Shown: piece by piece, positions 1 through 9,414 of the stretch
How positions within the stretch are numbered: the stretch's first letter is position 1
Layout: the number at the start of each line of letters is the position of its first letter
Source: a virus
Strand: one strand, 5' to 3'
Virus record (IMG/VR): IMGVR_UViG_3300032401_000008
Span: 3,858 to 67,857 of that record
Length of the DNA: 64,000 nt
Translations under genes and position numbers: made by a program
The notes under the pieces: model-generated
What the model was told of the DNA's origin: nothing
The model's input: the letters and a program-made list of their open reading frames with translations, nothing else
The model's database searches: none

Positions 1-220
1 TCATCGAAGTCAGACCAACTACACTAACCTCAAGATCCACTACTTCGTTGTTCTTTGTTACCTCTTCCGCAATCTTAAAAATCCACATAAGATACGGATC
101 TGCCTTACCCCAGCGGTCAGGTTTTCCCTCTTGCTGCTTAATGCCTGTAACAACTGCATCGTATACACCCGCATCAATCCAAGGAAATTCATCTGTAGTT
201 TTCGTAACCGGAATTGCCAT
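1..220 (-). CDS. partial ORF (runs off window), DUF669/ssDNA-binding-like protein
   Basis: Not in ORF track. ATG at 220 with AAGGAG SD; reads MAIPVTKTTDEFPWIDAGVYDAVVTGIKQQEGKPDRWGKADPYLMWIFKI, a pattern typical of phage OB-fold SSB/DUF669 proteins; lies in the replication block. Confidence 0.55.
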   Translation of the reverse strand, partial: MAIPVTKTTDEFPWIDAGVYDAVVTGIKQQEGKPDRWGKADPYLMWIFKIAEEVTKNNEVVDLEVSVVGLTSM

Positions 221-223
221 TTT

Positions 224-577
224 TTACTCTCCTTTTTCTTTATAGTAGTTACTAATTGCTTTTACAATTTTGTCTTTCTTATCTTGCTTTTGCTTTTTCT
301 TCTCTTCTAAATCTTCTTTTGTAACTAAAAATGTTCTTGGAGTATATTTTGTATTATTGTGATATTCAAACATTAGTTCCAAAACATGGTCTTTATTTTC
401 TTTTGAAACAGAGTTTAGACACCTAGAAAGACAAGAAAGAAGGTCTAAAACATTCTCAAATAGTACTATATCCTGAATCAGGAGAGCCCTAAAATGCTTC
501 AAGCTATCCTTTAGGTCGTCTGTTAAACTAGAATCATTTATTACGGTATCTAATCTCTCTAAGGTTGTTGGGTCCAT
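224..577 (-). CDS. hypothetical protein
   Basis: 117 aa ORF, AGGAG SD, tightly packed in operon. Confidence 0.6.
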   Translation of the reverse strand: MDPTTLERLDTVINDSSLTDDLKDSLKHFRALLIQDIVLFENVLDLLSCLSRCLNSVSKENKDHVLELMFEYHNNTKYTPRTFLVTKEDLEEKKKQKQDKKDKIVKAISNYYKEKGE

Positions 578-585
578 TTTTACTC

Positions 586-1176
586 CTATAACTTTCTGGT
601 AGCATCGTACTCAATTGCTATAACTTTTACTTGTCTAGATAAATTTGTAACAACTGACAACAAATCCTTCTTTTTGATAGAAACCATATTCATAAAACTT
701 TCAGCCTCGTGTGTCTTCTCTTGAATTTTGGATAGTCGTTCAAAATCTTTTTTTAATCTAATTCTAACCGTTGCTTCTTGTTGTTTTACCTTTAGGGCCT
801 GAACTTCATCTTCTAACAAAATTTCGCTCTTGTAATCTTCTATATAACTTAGCATATAATTCTGAATTCTTTGCCAACGTGATAAATTATCTACAGCCAG
901 CATTTCAATAGCCGAGGTACGCGATAATGCGCTTTGTGCAATAGCATATTTCTCAGATAGTATACCTAAATGCATAATGTCTGGATTTGTAGGTAAATCA
1001 ATGTAGTAAGAATCCATTTCTTCTTTTAACGTTGTGTAGTTTAACTCTGCTACTCGGGCTTGCTGTATTAAATTTTTTATAATACGTAATTTTTCTTCTT
1101 TGGCCAATTGGGCAGATTCCAACAAGGCTTTTACAGAAGAATCTTTACCTTCACTCTTTGTCAACGGTATCGCCAT
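586..1176 (-). CDS. coiled-coil protein, possible UvsY-like recombination mediator
   Basis: 196 aa, all-helical heptad character, between recA and the SSB-like gene; function inferred from context. Confidence 0.4.
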   Translation of the reverse strand: MAIPLTKSEGKDSSVKALLESAQLAKEEKLRIIKNLIQQARVAELNYTTLKEEMDSYYIDLPTNPDIMHLGILSEKYAIAQSALSRTSAIEMLAVDNLSRWQRIQNYMLSYIEDYKSEILLEDEVQALKVKQQEATVRIRLKKDFERLSKIQEKTHEAESFMNMVSIKKKDLLSVVTNLSRQVKVIAIEYDATRKL

Positions 1177-1453
1177 TTTTTTTCTTCATATCCTCTAGTA
1201 ATTTCTCTACTTTCATTTCTTTTTTGATACAATTCTTTACATTATTCCATAAACTTTTTACAACAGGATCTATAGACACCGTTTTCTTTATGTCTTCCAT
1301 AGTGGAATTATACACAGCTTCAAACAATTCTTCCGGACCAAGTATAGAAGAATCTTCATCTAAGCGCGAAAAAAATTCTATTGATACAATAGACCCATCA
1401 TCAAACTTTTTTGTTATTCCTAATTTGTAACCTTTTGTAATTAGCTTTTCCAT
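1151..1453 (-). CDS. hypothetical protein
   Basis: 100 aa ORF in operon directly after recA. Confidence 0.55.
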   Translation of the reverse strand: MEKLITKGYKLGITKKFDDGSIVSIEFFSRLDEDSSILGPEELFEAVYNSTMEDIKKTVSIDPVVKSLWNNVKNCIKKEMKVEKLLEDMKKKNGDTVDKE

Positions 1454-1465
1454 GGTGTTGCTTTT

Positions 1466-2488
1466 CTATACGACAGAATTTTTTTCCAAGTTAATATCAG
1501 CTAATAGACGATCAAAGAGTTCCTTGTTGTTTGAAAAGAGATCAAACCCTGCTTGTCTTCCTTGAAACTTTGTATCCCCGTAAGAATACCAAGCTCCTGC
1601 TTTTTGAATAACCTCTAAAGACTCAGCAATATCCAGAACTTCACCAACCTTATTTAGTCCTTTTCCAAAAACAATTTCTGTTTCAATTTTTTTGAATGGA
1701 GGAGCAAGCTTATTCTTGACTACCTTTATTGACACCTTATTTCCTACGGACTCTTCCCCTTCTTTTACAGATCCAATTCTCTTTATTTCCAAGCGTACAC
1801 TCGCATAAAACTTTAGTGCATTTCCTCCTGCTGTTACAGTAGGATCCCCATACCCGTAAGCATTAATCTTTTGTCTAACTTGGTTGATAAAAATAACACA
1901 AGTATTTGTTTGAGAAACAGAGGCTGCTAACTTTCTCATAGCTTGAGACATTAGTCGTGCTTGCAAACCCATGTGCGAATCACCCATCTCACCCTCTAGT
2001 TCGGCTTTTGGAACTAGTGCTGCAACTGAATCAATAACAGCAATACTAATTTTCTTGCTTTTTATTAGAAGATCAAGAAGCTCAAGGGCCTGTTCACCAC
2101 AATCAGGTTGCGAAACAAGCAAGTTTGCTGTATCAACACCAAGGTTTTTAGCGTAGGTAAGGTCCAAGGCGTGTTCGGCGTCAATAAATGCCGCACAACC
2201 TCCTACTTTTTGGCACTCCGCAATAGCATGCAGGGCTAGGGTTGTTTTACCACTAGACTCTGGGCCATATACCTCCACAATCCTACCACGAGGATAGCCC
2301 ATAATACCTAGCGCCCTATCCAAAAGATAACTTCCTGTAGTAAACACTTCTACTTGTACCGGTGTAGAATCTCCTAAACGTCTAATACAGCCTGCACCAT
2401 GTTGTTTTTCCGCCAAACGAATAAGGGAATCAATAGAATTCAGTTCTTCTTTTTCATTTTCAGATTCTTTTTTTAGTTTTAGTGCCAT
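1466..2488 (-). CDS. recA: RecA recombinase
   Basis: [71 protein letters not shown]. Confidence 0.98.
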   Translation of the reverse strand: MALKLKKESENEKEELNSIDSLIRLAEKQHGAGCIRRLGDSTPVQVEVFTTGSYLLDRALGIMGYPRGRIVEVYGPESSGKTTLALHAIAECQKVGGCAAFIDAEHALDLTYAKNLGVDTANLLVSQPDCGEQALELLDLLIKSKKISIAVIDSVAALVPKAELEGEMGDSHMGLQARLMSQAMRKLAASVSQTNTCVIFINQVRQKINAYGYGDPTVTAGGNALKFYASVRLEIKRIGSVKEGEESVGNKVSIKVVKNKLAPPFKKIETEIVFGKGLNKVGEVLDIAESLEVIQKAGAWYSYGDTKFQGRQAGFDLFSNNKELFDRLLADINLEKNSVV

Positions 2489-2515
2489 AAATATAATCCT
2501 CCTGTTATCTAGGAG

Positions 2516-2529
2516 TATTATACACAGAA
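2516..2529 (-). promoter_or_regulatory. recurring TGTGTATAAT promoter-like motif upstream of recA
   Basis: TTCTGTGTATAATA on the minus strand; identical 14-mer at 5838-5851. Confidence 0.6.
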
Positions 2530-2552
2530 CGTAGCTGGGTTAGATATTAATT

Positions 2553-5072
2553 TTAGTCTTTAACAGACGCAAAAGTACCAAAAGTTTTTCCTACCTCAAA
2601 ATCAAGCTGCATTTTACACTTTAACTCTGTAAATTCTGTCTTCACAACTTCTTCCATTATTCTAATCATATCTGTTACTTTATCATCTTTAACCATAATA
2701 AAATTTGCGTCATGAACTGTAGCTACTGGATAACACTCTATACCTTCTTCTCTGGCGCGAATAATGCTCATTCGCATATAGTGGTTGTTCAAGTCTGTGC
2801 TTAACCCTTGAATAGGGGAGTTAACAGCCTGTCTTTCAGCCTCAGCAGCTACTCCTGGCTCATTGCTATCAATTTCTGGAAGTCTACGGTATCTACCGAG
2901 ATAACCTCTAACATATCCGTGTGATTTAACAAAATATTTTTGACTAGTAATCCACATTTTTGCTTTGGGGTATCTTGAAAAGAAAATATTTTTTATGTCT
3001 TCCGCTTGCTCGTAAGAAATATTATACTGAGAAGCAATTGCTGCTGCACCTCTTCCGAAAAGAATACCAAAGGTTGCTGCTTTCGCGGCTGTTCTTCTTG
3101 GGTCATCTTTTGTTATTTCCTCTATCGGAACACCAAAAACCTCAGAGGCTGTTCTCTTATGAATGTCTAACCCTGAATGAATATCTGCAATTAAATCTTC
3201 GTCACCAGAATAACTAGCCCAACATCTAAATTCTGCTTGTGCAAGGTCTGCCTTTACAAAAGTAAACCCTGGGTCGGAAATAAAACATTTCTTGAAATCT
3301 TTCGCGTCTCTAGGCAGATTTTGTAGATTGGGGTTGCGAGAGGCCAAACGGCCAGTTACGGTTCCGGTTTGCAAAAACTCCCCATGAACTCTTCCATCAA
3401 AAGCAGATTTTTCATAAGTAGAAATAAGATACGTGCTAAGGTATTTTACTAATTTTCTATAGTCTAAAAGTAACTGCGCTACACCTACGCCCGCCTTATC
3501 CAACTCCTCTAAAACAGACTCGTCTACACTTATTGCGCCCTTATCTGTAACCTTTATTGGTGCCCTTTTAGGGATTTCAAAGAGAAGTTCTCCAAGCTGT
3601 TTTGGAGAAGACATGTTAAACTTATAATCTTTTTCTTTTATAGCTTGTTCCGCATAAGTATCAAAATCTGCGTATCTTGACTTAAGTATCTTAGAATCTT
3701 CAAATTTACTTCTTATAGCTTCTTTTGCATGTTCTTTTCTATATTTTTCATACTCTAAAACTTCTGAATTCTCATAAACTTTGACTTCAAACTCTTCTTT
3801 CTTTTTAGTATATTCTTCTATTAGGTTTTTTAGTTGATCTCTATCACAAGCTATCCCTAGGTGTTCCATTTCTACAATAACAGATAAATATGGAATAACA
3901 TAATTATAATAGAGATTGCTTAGTTTTTGCTGCTCTAATCTTGGATAAAGAGTAGAGAATGCTTGCAAAGTAGCATCTGCATCTTTACCGTTGTAAGGTA
4001 ATAGAATTTTTTCAGGGATCAAATTGTAAGTAAATTTATCTTTTTCTAACTTATTATCTTTACAATACTTTTCTATAAATAGATCTATTTCTTTCCAGTA
4101 TTCACCCAACTTAGTAAACCTAAGAGTGAGAACATCCAACCCATGTTTGCTATTTTCATCTAGTAAATGATGAATTAGCATAGTATCTTCATAAGGAGGA
4201 TTTAATTCTAAATTATTAGCCTTGCAAATGTGCATCTCAAATTTTATATTTTGTGCTATCTTAATTATGTTTTTGTTTGCTAAAATATTATTTAGCCTTT
4301 TAAGGGTTTCTTTCGTATGCAACGCCCATGGAATAACTGTAGCTGTACCTGCTTTCCAAGAAAAGGCAATGGATAAGATCTTTGCTTCTAAATAGCGCAG
4401 GCTACTTGTCTCAAAGTCGAAGGAAAACTTTTTTACTCCTTCTAATTTTTCTAATATCTTATTAATATCTTCTTCGTTTTTTGCCGTAAAAACTTTTGTC
4501 TCTTCGGTATCTTGCCCCTTGCCGCTAAGTTCTTTAGCTAAAAGTTCAAACCCTTTTTTGATTGCAGGAATAACTCCTGGGTTTCTTAGTCCATAAGCAG
4601 GATGGTAAATTGGAAGAACTTTTACATTAAATTCTTCAGAAGTAAAAATATTATTGTTTATTGTTGCAATACCAGTCCTATTTAGAACTGCTTCAAGAGC
4701 TTTTGCACCAAGGGTTACAATAATCTCTGGTTTTACTTCTTTTATTTCTTCGATAAGGTACTGTTTACAAATCTTTATTTCTTTTTTAGAGGGTGGGGCA
4801 TTCTCGCCCGGTGTTCCACATTTTACTGCGTTTGTAATATAAATTTGCGAGCGATCCAACCCTGCTGCTCTAAGACAATCATCAATCAAATTACCAGAAG
4901 CTCCAACAAAAGGAACACCAACCTCGTCTTCTTTTTGTCCTGGGCTTTCCCCTACGATCATAACCCTAGCAGGAATCGGACCAACCCCAGGAAGACAAGG
5001 TGTTCTAACCCCGTTGTTATAACGCGGGCACTTTTCAGAACAGAATTGTTTCAACTCCATAAGGCACCACAC
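2553..5072 (-). CDS. polA: family A DNA polymerase with N-terminal family-4 uracil-DNA glycosylase domain and 3'-5' exonuclease (likely start 5060)
   Basis: UDG4 motifs C..KC, VGESPG, PFVGASG, ITNAVKC, YHPAY; Exo I DFET; polymerase motifs TGRLASRNPNLQN, DLAQAEFR, KAATFGILFG, VHD. Confidence 0.95.
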   Translation of the reverse strand: MWCLMELKQFCSEKCPRYNNGVRTPCLPGVGPIPARVMIVGESPGQKEDEVGVPFVGASGNLIDDCLRAAGLDRSQIYITNAVKCGTPGENAPPSKKEIKICKQYLIEEIKEVKPEIIVTLGAKALEAVLNRTGIATINNNIFTSEEFNVKVLPIYHPAYGLRNPGVIPAIKKGFELLAKELSGKGQDTEETKVFTAKNEEDINKILEKLEGVKKFSFDFETSSLRYLEAKILSIAFSWKAGTATVIPWALHTKETLKRLNNILANKNIIKIAQNIKFEMHICKANNLELNPPYEDTMLIHHLLDENSKHGLDVLTLRFTKLGEYWKEIDLFIEKYCKDNKLEKDKFTYNLIPEKILLPYNGKDADATLQAFSTLYPRLEQQKLSNLYYNYVIPYLSVIVEMEHLGIACDRDQLKNLIEEYTKKKEEFEVKVYENSEVLEYEKYRKEHAKEAIRSKFEDSKILKSRYADFDTYAEQAIKEKDYKFNMSSPKQLGELLFEIPKRAPIKVTDKGAISVDESVLEELDKAGVGVAQLLLDYRKLVKYLSTYLISTYEKSAFDGRVHGEFLQTGTVTGRLASRNPNLQNLPRDAKDFKKCFISDPGFTFVKADLAQAEFRCWASYSGDEDLIADIHSGLDIHKRTASEVFGVPIEEITKDDPRRTAAKAATFGILFGRGAAAIASQYNISYEQAEDIKNIFFSRYPKAKMWITSQKYFVKSHGYVRGYLGRYRRLPEIDSNEPGVAAEAERQAVNSPIQGLSTDLNNHYMRMSIIRAREEGIECYPVATVHDANFIMVKDDKVTDMIRIMEEVVKTEFTELKCKMQLDFEVGKTFGTFASVKD

Positions 5073-5115
5073 TCTTTAGAAAAGGTTTGTAAAGTATTGA
5101 AGAAATTGAAAAGAT

Positions 5116-6315
5116 TTAGGAAACTAACTTCCACTTCTTCTCGTCGTTTGCAAGAATTCCACTCTTCTTAAGCACACTTAGTTGAACAGAAATATGTGCT
5201 TCTAGCCGCTTTAGATCCTCTGGCGCGGTACCTCTAGCGCTAGCAACTACCATTGTAATGTCTTTACGGGTCATTTCCCCGCGTTCTTTTAGTGTATCAA
5301 GAACAAGGGTTCGAACAGACTTTTGGTTAGAACCGGACTCTTCTTTTACGCTTCCGTCTTCCATAATTTTCTCCTCTTCTCTTACTGTTTCTGATACAGC
5401 TTCAGTGATTATTTCAGGTACGGTTTCAAGCACTGGCTCTGGCTCTGGCTCTGGCTTACACACCGGGCTTGGCACAGGTTCTACAACAACGTCAGAAGTA
5501 CTTTCTTCTTCCAAAAAGAGAGAAGCAGCAATAACTAACTCGTTTTTCTCTTCTTCAGGAACAGCTGCCTCAACAACAAGTTCTGTAGCATCTTCTTCTT
5601 TTCGAATATCCTCTAAAATCTCAGCCTCTACTGGATCCTCTTCAGATCCAACATACGGACGTAACGGATAATTAAGTGGGACTTGTGTAACTCTATCTGT
5701 AGCCAATACCCTAAGAGAAACTTCATTTTTTATAGAAACAATTTCTACTAGTTTATCTAATCTGGTCACATAAACTTGTCCTACGGTAGTTTCTTTAGCG
5801 GGAATATAGTCATGCATTTTTTTATTCTCCTTTGCTCTATTATACACAGAATTTAATGGCTTCTTCGAGTAAAAAACAAAGTCGGAATCCAAAATCTTAG
5901 GTAGCGCACGGGATTCTCCTTCATTATCAACTTGGAGCGCCTCAAAAGAAGAGCTAATAACGTTTAGTTTTCCTTTATCAGAAAAAAGATAGCGAGCACG
6001 GTTGGTTAAGGAGTTGTTAGTTTTCAAGTTTAATAGATAAGTAAAATCATTTCCTAGGGGGCGAGGACCATACTTTCTAAAAGCAACCCAAACAGACGAT
6101 AAGACATCGAGATAAGCATCTTCTGGATCCCATCTTCCAAACTTATACAAAAATTGACGTTCAGATTTATAGGATGCTTTTTTTACATAATTAGAAATTA
6201 GTTTAATAAACTTTTCTTCCTTTTTAGAATCAAATATCCATTGGTACCCATGCCCATCAACAGCAATGGAGGACATATCATCAGCGAGGTTCTGTATTTC
6301 TTCCTTTTTCCACAT
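5116..6315 (-). CDS. sigma-70 region-2-like N-terminus, acidic/Pro linker and C-terminal winged HTH
   Basis: DPEDAYLDVLSSVWVAFRKY..DFTYLLNLKTNNSLTNRAR resembles sigma region 2; C-terminal VRTLVLDTLKERGEMTRKDI..ISVQLSVLKKSG..WKL resembles a wHTH. Confidence 0.5.
   Translation of the reverse strand: MWKKEEIQNLADDMSSIAVDGHGYQWIFDSKKEEKFIKLISNYVKKASYKSERQFLYKFGRWDPEDAYLDVLSSVWVAFRKYGPRPLGNDFTYLLNLKTNNSLTNRARYLFSDKGKLNVISSSFEALQVDNEGESRALPKILDSDFVFYSKKPLNSVYNRAKENKKMHDYIPAKETTVGQVYVTRLDKLVEIVSIKNEVSLRVLATDRVTQVPLNYPLRPYVGSEEDPVEAEILEDIRKEEDATELVVEAAVPEEEKNELVIAASLFLEEESTSDVVVEPVPSPVCKPEPEPEPVLETVPEIITEAVSETVREEEKIMEDGSVKEESGSNQKSVRTLVLDTLKERGEMTRKDITMVVASARGTAPEDLKRLEAHISVQLSVLKKSGILANDEKKWKLVS
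5838..5851 (-). promoter_or_regulatory. intragenic promoter-like motif with SD and in-frame ATG at 5817
   Basis: TTCTGTGTATAATA-GAGCA-AAGGAG-AATAAAAAA-ATG on the minus strand. Confidence 0.6.
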
Positions 6316-6763
6316 CGCCTGCCTCCTTTTTTAACTTATTGAATTTCGTAAAGAAATAGTCAATAAGTACGGCCTCTGATTTATTAAGTGCTTCTAAATA
6401 AGCTACTTCTATTCTTAATTTTTCAAACTTACATAAAAACGCCTTTTTTTCCTCCGTTGTTTTATTTTTCAGCAGAGAAGAAAACTTTTCAAAGTAGTCT
6501 GTCTTAACCTTTTCAGAAGAAAACAATTGTGGTAATTTTATTGTTTCATAATTTAAGCTTGGAACAAACTCAATCCCTATAGACTCTGCTAATTTTGCAT
6601 ATGTTCCAGCCTTTTTACAACCGAAACAGTAATAGCTTAGATCAGGATAAACAACAAAAGATCCCTCTGCTTCAGCATGAAAGGGGCATAAACCATTATA
6701 ATATCTACCTTTTTTAGAGATAGAAATTCCTAATTTCTTATATGCTAAAACTGGGTCTAACAT
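6281..6763 (-). CDS. stand-alone CHC2 zinc-finger (DnaG primase zinc-binding domain) protein
   Basis: CPFHAEAEGSFVVYPDLSYYCFGCKKAG; no TOPRIM domain within 160 aa. Confidence 0.8.
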   Translation of the reverse strand: MLDPVLAYKKLGISISKKGRYYNGLCPFHAEAEGSFVVYPDLSYYCFGCKKAGTYAKLAESIGIEFVPSLNYETIKLPQLFSSEKVKTDYFEKFSSLLKNKTTEEKKAFLCKFEKLRIEVAYLEALNKSEAVLIDYFFTKFNKLKKEAGDVEKGRNTEPR

Positions 6764-8163
6764 CAGTTTGTCTTAAGAACAGAAGCGTTTGGTAAAAACC
6801 TATCTAATTCTGGGCAACGATCTCCGACATAGGTAAGTTTCCAAATACAAACAAGTTCCAGCCTACCTGTTTTTCCAGTACGATTTTTATCGCTGTACAC
6901 AAAAAGACGATTTTGCATATAATCTTCCCACGTTTGCTTCAAACGCATAATGGTTTCGCAATGTGGGGCAATGTAGTTTGATGCTCCAATATTGTGTGTA
7001 CCCTCTTGATCTTCTTCGTCATTCTTTTTCTTTTTAGCTTCAGCCTTTGATTTTTCTCTGGACTCCTGCACTGCCGTAATAATAGCTACGTTATAAGCTC
7101 TAGCCATTTTGTGGAATTCTTCAAACAAATTATCAAACCTTGTTGACCTATCCCCAGGAGTATATTTACGCAAGGGTTCAACTAAATGTGCATAATCTAT
7201 AATAACTAAGTCGGGGTAATATCCATGGAGAGCTTTGTATGTTTCTATTTCTTTTCTTATAGTTATTGTTGTAGCACCCTCTGGAATATCTACTAACCAA
7301 ATATCATTTTCTGGGGATTTTTCTTTTAGCCTCTTCAGGTGATCTCTATAGGTGTTTTCTCCTTCTTTCTGCAACTTACCAAAAATAATATCATGTGAAT
7401 CTAACAAGGTCACACGACTATCAAAACAAGACCCAACTAAATCGAAGTCCATTTCTAATGTAAGATATAATACTCTCGTGCCTAATAAAGAGGAGGAAAT
7501 TGCAATGTTCATCATTGTTCTTGTTTTTCCACCACCTGTCTTAGAGTATATAAGTGTCAAAAAAGAACGTTTCATTCCTCCAAAAAAATTATCTAAAATC
7601 TTTATCCCATAGGGAACCAAACTAGATGTTTTTCCTCTTTTTGCATCTAAATAATTTTTAGCTCGTTTTTCAATACTTTCTTTTGAGTTAACATACCCGC
7701 GTCTTACATTAGACGACATGCTAGAAATACTTAGAATATCGTGTGTAATACCTTGTAATACCTTCTTATAACTATCTTTTCCTGACTCTAATTTTACCTG
7801 AATCTCTTCTCCAAAAGAGTATAATTTTCTTCCACACAAGAGATCTTCTGCTTTTGAGAACCAATAAGGCGCTTCGTCTGGATTAGCTTCTGGAAGACTT
7901 AAAAAAACTTCTATAAGTGCATATTTTTTATCTAGATCTTCGGTATCTTTTGCTATATCTTTTATAAAACCTTTTAGGGCATCCTCTGTTGGTGGAGTTT
8001 GATATTTTTTTATGTAAGAAATAAAAAGACTAGCCAAGGCAATGTTTTCTGGAACTTGAAATAATTCTATATCCAGTTCCAGTGCTTTTAGGTATGTAGG
8101 CTTAACACACAAAAGTGCTAATATCTTTTTTTCTGTATGGTCGTCGTGCAGTTCTGTATACAT
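6763..8163 (-). CDS. dnaB: DnaB-like replicative helicase
   Basis: Walker A SKTGGGKT, YLTLEM, VIIDYAHL, ITAVQ, KNRTG arginine finger. Confidence 0.9.
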   Translation of the reverse strand: MYTELHDDHTEKKILALLCVKPTYLKALELDIELFQVPENIALASLFISYIKKYQTPPTEDALKGFIKDIAKDTEDLDKKYALIEVFLSLPEANPDEAPYWFSKAEDLLCGRKLYSFGEEIQVKLESGKDSYKKVLQGITHDILSISSMSSNVRRGYVNSKESIEKRAKNYLDAKRGKTSSLVPYGIKILDNFFGGMKRSFLTLIYSKTGGGKTRTMMNIAISSSLLGTRVLYLTLEMDFDLVGSCFDSRVTLLDSHDIIFGKLQKEGENTYRDHLKRLKEKSPENDIWLVDIPEGATTITIRKEIETYKALHGYYPDLVIIDYAHLVEPLRKYTPGDRSTRFDNLFEEFHKMARAYNVAIITAVQESREKSKAEAKKKKNDEEDQEGTHNIGASNYIAPHCETIMRLKQTWEDYMQNRLFVYSDKNRTGKTGRLELVCIWKLTYVGDRCPELDRFLPNASVLKTN

Positions 8164-8853
8164 TTATCTTCGTCCGGATTTTCCACTAAAAGATATACTA
8201 AGAGAGGCTTCTAACCTATCTTGTATATATGCAGGAAATTTGCTTACACACCCTACAAGAGGAACATTAGAACTAATCAGTAGTGTTTTCTTCATGTCGT
8301 ACACATCGGAAAACAAATCATAAAACTGACTTGTAACAAAATTATCCAGGTTAAGATAAACTTTATCTATCTCATCTATTGCTAAAATATCTACTCTATT
8401 TAAAATGTAATCTAACTCTTCTTTTTTATCTTCGCGTCTAAGCGCATCCAGCTTAAGCTGAAGAAGCTGTGTAGCTCTACTAAAATAAGGAATATACCCA
8501 AGAGACAGGGCGTAAGTAATTCCCCAAACCATAAGACAAGATTTTGCTAACCCTGGGGGAGAGTGCAACCAAACAATCTTACCTTCATTATCTTTTAGGT
8601 TATAAATAAAATTAGTAAACAGTTCCAAGTAATACTTATTTTCTGATTTAAATTCTTCAGTAAGATCTTCCAGTTTAAACTTTGTATACACAAGAGGTAT
8701 ATTAGCCTCTAAAATTCTTTGCTCTTTTTCTATAATTTTTAAGCATTCACAATCAACAAATTGCTTGTTTATAAAAAGTGCCCCTAAACCCCCGCATTTT
8801 GCACAATTTTCTTTTATAGCAGACAGCCTTTCTCTATCCTTTCGGCTTAGCAT
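8164..8853 (-). CDS. DnaC/IstB-like AAA+ helicase loader
   Basis: N-terminal CAKC..CEC Zn motif, ANIP..Y, variant Walker A SPPGLAKS, Walker B LAIDEIDK, ISSN, IQDRL. Confidence 0.8.
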   Translation of the reverse strand: MLSRKDRERLSAIKENCAKCGGLGALFINKQFVDCECLKIIEKEQRILEANIPLVYTKFKLEDLTEEFKSENKYYLELFTNFIYNLKDNEGKIVWLHSPPGLAKSCLMVWGITYALSLGYIPYFSRATQLLQLKLDALRREDKKEELDYILNRVDILAIDEIDKVYLNLDNFVTSQFYDLFSDVYDMKKTLLISSNVPLVGCVSKFPAYIQDRLEASLSISFSGKSGRR

Positions 8854-9406
8854 TGTATTCCTCCATACGACGCTTTATATCTCTTAAAGTCATCCCTGGA
8901 GTAATCCCATATTTCTCTTGCTCCCTTTTAATTTTTTCATTTTCTCTTGCTAGTTGAATATCTAAATCATGAAAGTCCTTTGGCAGAATTTCTCTAGCAG
9001 ATGTTTTCATAATTGTTGAGTATAACTTAGCATTACAAATAGACCCAACGGAAGGCTTTGAAAGAGAATTAAAAATTACAAAAGCTTTTTCTATAAATGT
9101 TTTATAGTCTTCATTCTGTATTTTATTTGCTAAAATAAACGTTTCTATCTTCTCATACCAATGAAACAAATTTCCTTTTTGAATAAAAGGCTCTCCAAAT
9201 TTACTTTCATATAACTTACAGAAAAAGTGGTAAAAATCGAAAGGGACCCAACTCTTTATAGGTTTATCTTCAACCCAATTTTTAGTTCGTTTTATTTGTT
9301 CTTTCAATTGCTTATTTTGGTTTACTAACTTTCCAAGGTGTCTAATAATATGCTCTTCTACAGGATCTTCTGTAAGAGCAACACCTAAAATTAGCTTCTT
9401 AGGCAT
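8834..9406 (-). CDS. hypothetical protein, possible replication-initiation factor
   Basis: 190 aa, overlaps the DnaC-like loader start; function from context only. Confidence 0.4.
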   Translation of the reverse strand: MPKKLILGVALTEDPVEEHIIRHLGKLVNQNKQLKEQIKRTKNWVEDKPIKSWVPFDFYHFFCKLYESKFGEPFIQKGNLFHWYEKIETFILANKIQNEDYKTFIEKAFVIFNSLSKPSVGSICNAKLYSTIMKTSAREILPKDFHDLDIQLARENEKIKREQEKYGITPGMTLRDIKRRMEEYNAKPKG

Positions 9407-9414
9407 GCTAACTC

